From NCBI GenBank assembly GCA_965648935.1, contig CBFGIY010000072.1, positions 1 through 11,935 of the forward strand: a stretch of 11,935 nucleotides of DNA, given 5' to 3'. The position numbers and the translations under genes are program-made. The stretch comes from a candidate division WOR-3 bacterium. GTDB lineage: Bacteria > Hydrothermota > Tepidihabitantia > Tepidihabitantales > Tepidihabitantaceae. Of the stretch, positions 6,287-11,935 are shown piece after piece. Each line of letters starts with the position of its first letter. Position 1 is the first letter of the stretch. The notes beneath the pieces were generated by a model. The model saw only the letters and a list, made by a program, of their open reading frames with translations. It ran no database searches and was not told where the DNA came from.

Positions 6287-7269
6287 CCGGGCTCTGTCTC
6301 GGCATCGAGACATCCTGTGACGAGACCGCCGCGGCCGTGCTCGAAGGCCGCGCTGCGGTCCGATCCAGCATAGTATCCTCGCAATACATTCACTCTGCCT
6401 ACGGCGGCGTCGTGCCCGAGCTCGCGGCACGCGCCCACATCCGGCTCATAGTCCCGGTCGTGCAGTCCGCGCTCGCCGCGGCCGGCGCGCGACCGGGCGA
6501 CCTTGCGCTGATCGCGGTCACCCACACGCCCGGCCTGATGGGCGCACTGCTCGTCGGCCTGCCATTTGCCAAGACGCTGTCCCGCGCCCTCGGCATCCCC
6601 TTTGTCGGCGTCAACCATCTCGAAGGCCACATCTTCGCGCTGCGCCTCGAACGGCCCGGCCTCGCCCCGCCCTTCCTCGCCTGCGTCGTTTCCGGCGGCC
6701 ACACCGAACTGGTCGTGGTCGAAGACTGGTGCCGCTACCGGCTCCTCGGCGCGACCATCGACGACGCCTGCGGCGAGGCTTTCGACAAGGTCGCCAAACT
6801 CCTCGGCCTGCCCTACCCCGGCGGCCCGCTTGTGGAAAAACTCGCGCGCGGCGGCCGCGCGGTGATACCCTTTCCGCGGCCCGAGGCCGGCGGCCTCGAC
6901 TTCTCCTACTCCGGACTCAAAACCGCGGTGCTCTACCACCTCCGCGCCCACCCCGAAACAGACAAGGCCGACATCGCGGCCTCCTTCCAGCGCGCCGCGC
7001 TCGGCCTTGTTGTCCGCAGGATTGCCCAGGCGGTCGAGCGCACCGGCCTGCGCACCGTCGGAGTGTCCGGCGGCGTCGCGGCCAACGCCTGGCTGCGCGA
7101 CGAACTCGCATCGCTCGCCGCTGCCGACTCGATCGACCTCATCATCCCGCGCATCGCCTTCTGCACCGACAACGCCGCGATGATTGCCGCAGCCGGGGTC
7201 GAACGCTTCAGCCGGTACGGCCCTTCCCCGTTCTCACTGCCCGCCGCGGCCCGCACCCAGCTCGGCTAG
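6283..7269 (+). CDS. tsaD: tRNA N6-adenosine(37) threonylcarbamoyltransferase TsaD
   Basis: Motifs LGIETSCDETAAA, YGGVVPELAARAH, VNHLEGH, VSGGHT, GEAFDKVAKLLGLPYPGGP, FSYSGLKT, SGGVAAN and CTDNAAMIA. Confidence 0.97.
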   Translation: MTGLCLGIETSCDETAAAVLEGRAAVRSSIVSSQYIHSAYGGVVPELAARAHIRLIVPVVQSALAAAGARPGDLALIAVTHTPGLMGALLVGLPFAKTLSRALGIPFVGVNHLEGHIFALRLERPGLAPPFLACVVSGGHTELVVVEDWCRYRLLGATIDDACGEAFDKVAKLLGLPYPGGPLVEKLARGGRAVIPFPRPEAGGLDFSYSGLKTAVLYHLRAHPETDKADIAASFQRAALGLVVRRIAQAVERTGLRTVGVSGGVAANAWLRDELASLAAADSIDLIIPRIAFCTDNAAMIAAAGVERFSRYGPSPFSLPAAARTQLG

Positions 7270-7291
7270 CACGGCGCCGACCGCCCGAGGC

Positions 7292-7861
7292 CTAATCCGG
7301 CCGCTTGAACCTGCCCACGAGCTTCGCGGAGTCCAGAATCCGCCCGGCCATCATCTCCATCAGCTCATTCTCCGGCAGGCCCGGCCCGAATCCAAACTGC
7401 TCGTCCAGCGCATAGAGCGTGAAGACATAGCGGTGCGCCGGACCGACCGGCGGCCGCGGCCCGACGTAGCCAAAGGTCCGTGCGCTGTTCATTCCCTGCA
7501 CACCACCACCAACCACGATTGGCACCGGTGGTACACCCTCAGGCAGACCGGTCGCACTCTCTGGGATTTCGTAAATCACCCAGTGCACGAAAGTACCCAT
7601 CGGCGCATCCGGGTCACGGCACACCAGCGCAAAAGTCCGGGTACTTTCCGGCGCCCCGCTCCACTCAACAGCGGGTGAAATGCCTTCCCCGAACTGGCTG
7701 AACCGGTGGGGAATCTCACCGCCGTCGACAAACGCCGGCGAACTGATTCTCAAAACTCCGACTTTCGTCCCTGAACTGTCGGCCGTCGCCGCCTTCTTCG
7801 GCCCGGCGCAGCCCAACAGCACGATCGCACCCAGTATCACCACTCTGTTGAGACTTGTCAT
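7292..7861 (-). CDS. YbhB/YbcL family (PEBP/Raf kinase inhibitor-like) protein, predicted lipoprotein
   Basis: Motifs ISSPAF..GGEIP, GEGISP, DPDAPMGTFVHWVIY, YVGPRPP and HRYVFTLYALD. Signal peptide ends in LLGC (Cys18). AGGAGG lies 5 nt upstream of ATG 7861. Confidence 0.92.
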   Translation of the reverse strand: MTSLNRVVILGAIVLLGCAGPKKAATADSSGTKVGVLRISSPAFVDGGEIPHRFSQFGEGISPAVEWSGAPESTRTFALVCRDPDAPMGTFVHWVIYEIPESATGLPEGVPPVPIVVGGGVQGMNSARTFGYVGPRPPVGPAHRYVFTLYALDEQFGFGPGLPENELMEMMAGRILDSAKLVGRFKRPD

Positions 7862-7911
7862 CAAGACCTCCTCTTTCCGCCAGTCTGGCGCGGCCTGCGC
7901 GGAAGCCGAGG

Positions 7912-8541
7912 CTACCAGTACAGGTACGGCCGCCAGTCGTCGGCATAGGTCGCCTCGAAACTGGACAGCTCGTAGAAGTTGCCCGGGGCCACGCCCTCTT
8001 CCTCAACCGCGAGCAGAAACGCGATCCAGCCGTTCGCCCCGCGCCCGGCGCGGAATAGGGAATCCGGGATGATGAACCGGAACCACTCGCCGTCGGGCGG
8101 CGTCGCGGTCGCGACCGGGTCCAGACCCTCCGCGCGCAGAAACAGGGGCGAGACATCGGACCGGGCCGGGTAGTCGGGTATTGAATCAAAATCCGGCACA
8201 ATGTAGAGCCGCACCGGGCCGGGCGAGCCGCGCCTGAGTCGGCAGACCAGGAAGAAGCTTACATCGCCCGAGTCCCAGTTCACCGCCTTGAACCGGTAGA
8301 GACTGCGATACCAGAAAGTGTCGCCCGCAACCGTGCTCACCCCGACGCCGCCGGCCGCGCTCCAGCCGTACGAGAACCCTATTGCCGAATCGGGCAAGAG
8401 CGCGGAGTTCGCCGATACCACGCCGTCGTCGCGCCGCCGCGCCACCTCAACCTTGGGCTCGGGCAGCGGCTCGACCCCTTCGCAGGTTATGCCCGAAAGC
8501 ACCAGCGCGGCCAGCCCCGCGCCCATAATCAGCCTTGTCAT
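7912..8541 (-). CDS. Hypothetical exported protein/lipoprotein, possibly DNRLRE (CBM96)-like
   Basis: GGAGG 5 nt upstream of ATG. Hydrophobic signal ending at Cys20 (atypical GITC). YRSLYRF, GEWFRFIIP and terminal YELSSFEA...WRPYL resemble DNRLRE-domain patterns. The CDS is likely real; the domain call is tentative. Confidence 0.72.
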   Translation of the reverse strand: MTRLIMGAGLAALVLSGITCEGVEPLPEPKVEVARRRDDGVVSANSALLPDSAIGFSYGWSAAGGVGVSTVAGDTFWYRSLYRFKAVNWDSGDVSFFLVCRLRRGSPGPVRLYIVPDFDSIPDYPARSDVSPLFLRAEGLDPVATATPPDGEWFRFIIPDSLFRAGRGANGWIAFLLAVEEEGVAPGNFYELSSFEATYADDWRPYLYW

Positions 8542-8559
8542 CGCTTCCTCCCGCCCTCG

Positions 8560-9537
8560 CTAGCGCTTCCTGCGGTAACAGACATAGATGTCGGCCTCGA
8601 TCATCTGGATGTTGGACCCGCCGGTGAAGTAGTGGTGCACGAAATAGAGGTTGCCTGCGCTGTCCATCGTGCACTCGCCGGCAAAGCGCGACACGATTTC
8701 CTCAGGAACGCCCCATTCCCCGGCTGAGTCTTTCCTGCAACGCCACAGCGCCGGGCCCGGCCCGGCCCGCACCCCATCGGCCGTGAACCAGAGCTCCGCG
8801 CCGTCCGGAGTGACAAATGGCCAGCCGTCATTGGACGGCCCGTTGATGCCGCCGCCGAGATGGACCGGCGCGTCCCACCCGGTTGCGTTGCGTTCCAGCC
8901 GCCAGAGGTCATACCCGCCCTCGCCGCCCGCGTCGGCGTCGCGCGCGCAGTACATCGTCCGGCCGTCTGCGGTGATGTGCAGTTCGCCCACGCGGTAATC
9001 GTTGTTGAGCTGGACCCCGGCATTGCGCCAGTTGCTCCAGACGCCGTTGCGCAGGGTCGCCGTGAAGAACTGCGGCCCCTCGCGCACGGTGCCGTTGGAG
9101 CGGATCGAGCAAAACCACATCGTGTCGCCCTGCACGAACTCACAGCCATCCAGCGACGGCCGGTCGTTGAGCACCACACGCTCCGGCTCGGTCCAGGTCG
9201 ACCCGCTGCGCCTGCACCAGTAGATGCCGGTCGCGCCGTCGCCGAGCTGGCCCTCGGCCGGCACTCTGACATCGGGCGTGAAAAAGAAGAAGAACCACCG
9301 GCCGTCCGGCGTGATGAAAGGCGAGTCCTCAGCCCCGGCCGTGTTCACCGGTCCGGGCATCGGTATCGGCGCCTCCCACTCGGCCGAGTGCAGTATCGGC
9401 GGCCAGGTGTCGGATTCGGGCGTCATCTTCACAGCGCCCGCGGGTATCGCCTGCTCGCGCGGAATGAGATGCAGCGGCTCGTCGCAGGCGGCCCCGAACA
9501 CGAGCAGTACCGCTGCGGCAACCAGCGTCCTTCTCAT
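8560..9537 (-). CDS. PD40 (WD40-like/TolB-type) beta-propeller lipoprotein
   Basis: Signal MRRTLVAAAVLLVFGAAC (Cys18). Repeats VNTAGAEDSPFITPDGRWFFF, ELHITADGRTMYC, INGPSNDGWPFVTPDGAELWF, GGEGGYDLW and terminal ADIY. AGGAG 5 nt upstream favours ATG 9537 over GTG 9540. Confidence 0.85.
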   Translation of the reverse strand: MRRTLVAAAVLLVFGAACDEPLHLIPREQAIPAGAVKMTPESDTWPPILHSAEWEAPIPMPGPVNTAGAEDSPFITPDGRWFFFFFTPDVRVPAEGQLGDGATGIYWCRRSGSTWTEPERVVLNDRPSLDGCEFVQGDTMWFCSIRSNGTVREGPQFFTATLRNGVWSNWRNAGVQLNNDYRVGELHITADGRTMYCARDADAGGEGGYDLWRLERNATGWDAPVHLGGGINGPSNDGWPFVTPDGAELWFTADGVRAGPGPALWRCRKDSAGEWGVPEEIVSRFAGECTMDSAGNLYFVHHYFTGGSNIQMIEADIYVCYRRKR

Positions 9538-9547
9538 CACCTCTCCT

Positions 9548-10837
9548 CTACGCCCGGGTCGTGAAGCTGACGTTGTCCAGAAGCAGGGCCGGGAACCGGC
9601 CCATCGGCGCGTCCTGTACCGTGTCGCCGACCGCGATCACGTTCTTCAGATCCTCGTACACGTTGCCCGCGACCATCGCGTCCTTGACCACGCCGACAAT
9701 ACGACCGTCCTCAACCCACAGCCCCGGAGCGAGCCCAACCGAGTAATCACCGTTGAGTATGTTACCTGAATGCGCACCGAGCACACCGGCCACGACCACC
9801 CCCGTGCCCATCAGCCTAAGCAGTTCGGCCAGTGGCTTATCGCCGGGAGCGATTGTCAGGTGTTCCAGTTTCGGCACCGGCCGCGCCATCACCGTTCCTC
9901 GATGGCCGTGACCGGTAGGTTCGGTTTGGGTCTTGTAGGCATAGAACCGGTCGTTGTAGAAGCTGCGGAACACGCCCTTCTCGAACAACACCAGGTCACG
10001 GCAGGGTGTACCTTCGTCGTCAAATGCCCGCGCACCCGGCAACCGATCATTCAGCGGCTGGTCAACCAGCGTCAGCTTCTCGCTCAGCAGTTGTTCGCCC
10101 GCCCGGTCGCACAACGGCGACACCCGCTGATACAGATACTCGGCATTGCTGGCGGCGGCAAGACGCCAGACCAGTGCATAAACTGCGTCGGGCAGAAACA
10201 ACACCCGCGTCCGGCCGGTGACTGGTCGCACCGGCTTCTGTGCCGAGTTGTAGGTGTCAACAATGAACTGCAGTTCGGGCTCGGGAAAAGGCACAAATGC
10301 TTTGGCCGTAATCGACCGTCTGATTCCGGCGTAGCTGCCCGGATAAAGCACGCTGGCAAAGGCAAAACAGGCGGTGAACCGGGCGCGACAGTCAACCCCG
10401 CTCGATGTCAGTAACCGAACCTCGCTGGTGTCCCGGCCGGTTGTAAGATTCACCTGACCCTTGACCCGGCTCGACAGAAAATCGGCAATCCGGCGCGACT
10501 CTTCAACCAGCAGAGCGTTGCCCCCGGACTGGGCCGCTTCGGTATCGAGCACCGGCAGACTGACCGGCTCCGGCAGCGGCCCGGCCGCCTCGACTCCGCC
10601 GGCCAGAGCCGCCAGCGCATCCTGCACCAGCCCGTCACGGTCAATCAGGTTGCTGGTATAGGCAAATCCCTGACGGCCGTTTCTGACAACGGTCAGGGCC
10701 GTACCCGAGTACATGCCGCTTTCGATTGTCTTCAACTGCCCGTTCTCAAACTCGACCCGGTCCGTCGTTTGACAGACGACGCCGTACACGGTCGCTGCCT
10801 CGGCCTTTTTCAGCGCGGCTTCCAGCAATCGTTCCAT
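9548..10837 (-). CDS. TldD/PmbA family protein, PmbA/TldE-like non-catalytic subunit
   Basis: Motifs GRQGFAYT, GEQLLSEKLTLVDQP, AFDDEGTP, LFEKGV, TGHG, GDYSVG...GLWVEDGRI and AGNVYE. No HExxxH. ATG overlaps the tldD stop (TAATG). 429 aa. Confidence 0.9.
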   Translation of the reverse strand: MERLLEAALKKAEAATVYGVVCQTTDRVEFENGQLKTIESGMYSGTALTVVRNGRQGFAYTSNLIDRDGLVQDALAALAGGVEAAGPLPEPVSLPVLDTEAAQSGGNALLVEESRRIADFLSSRVKGQVNLTTGRDTSEVRLLTSSGVDCRARFTACFAFASVLYPGSYAGIRRSITAKAFVPFPEPELQFIVDTYNSAQKPVRPVTGRTRVLFLPDAVYALVWRLAAASNAEYLYQRVSPLCDRAGEQLLSEKLTLVDQPLNDRLPGARAFDDEGTPCRDLVLFEKGVFRSFYNDRFYAYKTQTEPTGHGHRGTVMARPVPKLEHLTIAPGDKPLAELLRLMGTGVVVAGVLGAHSGNILNGDYSVGLAPGLWVEDGRIVGVVKDAMVAGNVYEDLKNVIAVGDTVQDAPMGRFPALLLDNVSFTTRA

Positions 10838-11935
10838 TATCTACCCCCCACTACCAGACTCTCAACCAGCACATGCGGCGCGCCATTACAGGAACGGTAG
10901 TTGGTCTGACCCTTGCCGCAACCGCCGATTTCGCGCAGCGTCATGTCGTTACCTACCGCCGATATGTTCATCAGAGTTTCGTAAAGGTTACCCGAGATGT
11001 TGATGTCGCGCAGCATCCGGCCCGGCTTGCCGTTCTTCACCTCGAACCCGAACTGGGCCCCGAAAGTGAAGTTCTCGCCCGTAGTCTGGCCGCCCATGTG
11101 ATTGCACAGATACAGTCCATCGCCAAGCAGTGCCAGCAGCTCATCCTTTGTCTTGTCGCGCGGCTCGATGAAGATGCATCCCATCCTGACGATCGGTGCA
11201 TAACGGTGGTCTTCGGCAACGCAGTGGCCGGTAACCGGCTCGCCCATTTCGGCCGCGGTTCGACGCGAATGCAGCCGCCCGGCGAGCACGCCGTTCTTCA
11301 TCAGCGCGACCGGCCGTGCCGCCACTCCCTCGTCGTCGTACCGGTAGAACCCGAGCTGGTCCGGACGCGTCGGGTCATCGGTTATTGAAAGCAGCCCGCT
11401 GCCCAGCTTCGCGCCGACCTGCATCCTTGCCCTCATCGTCGGCATGTCCTCGATGATGTCCGCCTCAGAGAAGTGGCCGAACGCCTCGTGCGTGAACACG
11501 CCGGCCAGCGACTGGTCAAGCACGACCCGGTATTCCCCGGCCTTCACCGGCTCGGCACCGAGCAGGTCCACCGCGATCCTCACCCGCTCGGCCAGCTCAG
11601 CCTCACGGCCGTGCAATCGCCCCAGACCGTCTGAACCGCCAAAACCGAACCGGACCCGCTGAGTCAGACTGCCTTCCTTGGCAACAATCAACCCGGCCAG
11701 CCGTACCGTCACGAGTCTTTCATGCAGCCGGGTTCCTTCGGTCGATACGAAGTATTTGTCCCGACAGATGTCGTAGTAGCCGGTCTCGGTCGTCGCCACC
11801 TTCGGGTGGTCAAGGGCAATCGCGTTGTAGTGGCGCGCCAGCTCGAGCTTGGCCTCGGCTGGAACCGCCTGCGGGTCTTCAGTCAGGGGCGGCAGAAACT
11901 CATCCTGCACCACCGGCACGGCGGCCAGTTTCACC
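10837..11935 (-). CDS. tldD: TldD metalloprotease (5' end truncated by window edge)
   Basis: Metal-binding AGVFTHEAFGHFSEAD (HExxxH), YDDEGV, GRLHSR, RMGCIFIEP, GGQT...FTFG, ISGN and the C-terminal GGCGKGQ Cys-ligand motif followed by GAPHV. Confidence 0.92.
   Translation of the reverse strand, partial: VKLAAVPVVQDEFLPPLTEDPQAVPAEAKLELARHYNAIALDHPKVATTETGYYDICRDKYFVSTEGTRLHERLVTVRLAGLIVAKEGSLTQRVRFGFGGSDGLGRLHGREAELAERVRIAVDLLGAEPVKAGEYRVVLDQSLAGVFTHEAFGHFSEADIIEDMPTMRARMQVGAKLGSGLLSITDDPTRPDQLGFYRYDDEGVAARPVALMKNGVLAGRLHSRRTAAEMGEPVTGHCVAEDHRYAPIVRMGCIFIEPRDKTKDELLALLGDGLYLCNHMGGQTTGENFTFGAQFGFEVKNGKPGRMLRDINISGNLYETLMNISAVGNDMTLREIGGCGKGQTNYRSCNGAPHVLVESLVVGGR

Noticed and set aside
7270..7291. 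Bidirectional terminator between tsaD and ybhB
   Set aside because: Only a short CGGCGCCG dyad is present, with no stable stem-loop or U-tract on either strand.
8539..8562. In-frame TAG between the PD40 gene and the next gene (18-nt stop-free spacer), suggesting amber readthrough fusion
   Set aside because: In-frame spacing occurs one time in three by chance, the downstream gene has its own GGAGG and signal peptide, and the other TAG junctions are out of frame.
9548..10837. Absence of HExxxH suggesting a degenerate tldD copy
   Set aside because: The ORF is intact, and lacking the metal-binding motif is normal for the PmbA/TldE subunit.
1..11935. CRISPR array, tRNA/ncRNA, IS element, prophage or defence system
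   Set aside because: No spaced direct repeats, cloverleaf, terminal inverted repeats, or transposase, integrase or nuclease motifs were seen. Intergenic gaps are at most 155 bp and are explained by promoters and RBSs.

Overview
GC-rich bacterial chromosomal window with 12 protein-coding genes and no recognisable RNA gene, CRISPR array or mobile element. Left to right: recF (minus strand, runs off the left edge, missing from the ORF track); a divergent DUF58 + BatA/VWA membrane-protein pair; a 123-aa hypothetical protein; an M20 (DapE/ArgE-like) metallohydrolase; a divergent CdaR/YbbR-like gene coupled to tsaD; and a minus-strand run of tldD, pmbA-like and three predicted lipoproteins (PD40 beta-propeller, DNRLRE-like unknown, YbhB/YbcL PEBP). 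The most notable signals are regulatory. Four transcription units have near-consensus sigma70 promoters whose -10 box lies 5-8 nt before the start codon with no Shine-Dalgarno, which suggests leaderless mRNAs. The 87-bp recF/DUF58 spacer holds two back-to-back promoters and two perfect palindromes. TAG is 7 of 11 visible stop codons. recF, YbbR and DUF58/VWA all lack their usual operon partners. All family calls come from motif recognition by eye; no database search was run, and no clearly novel multi-gene system is proven.
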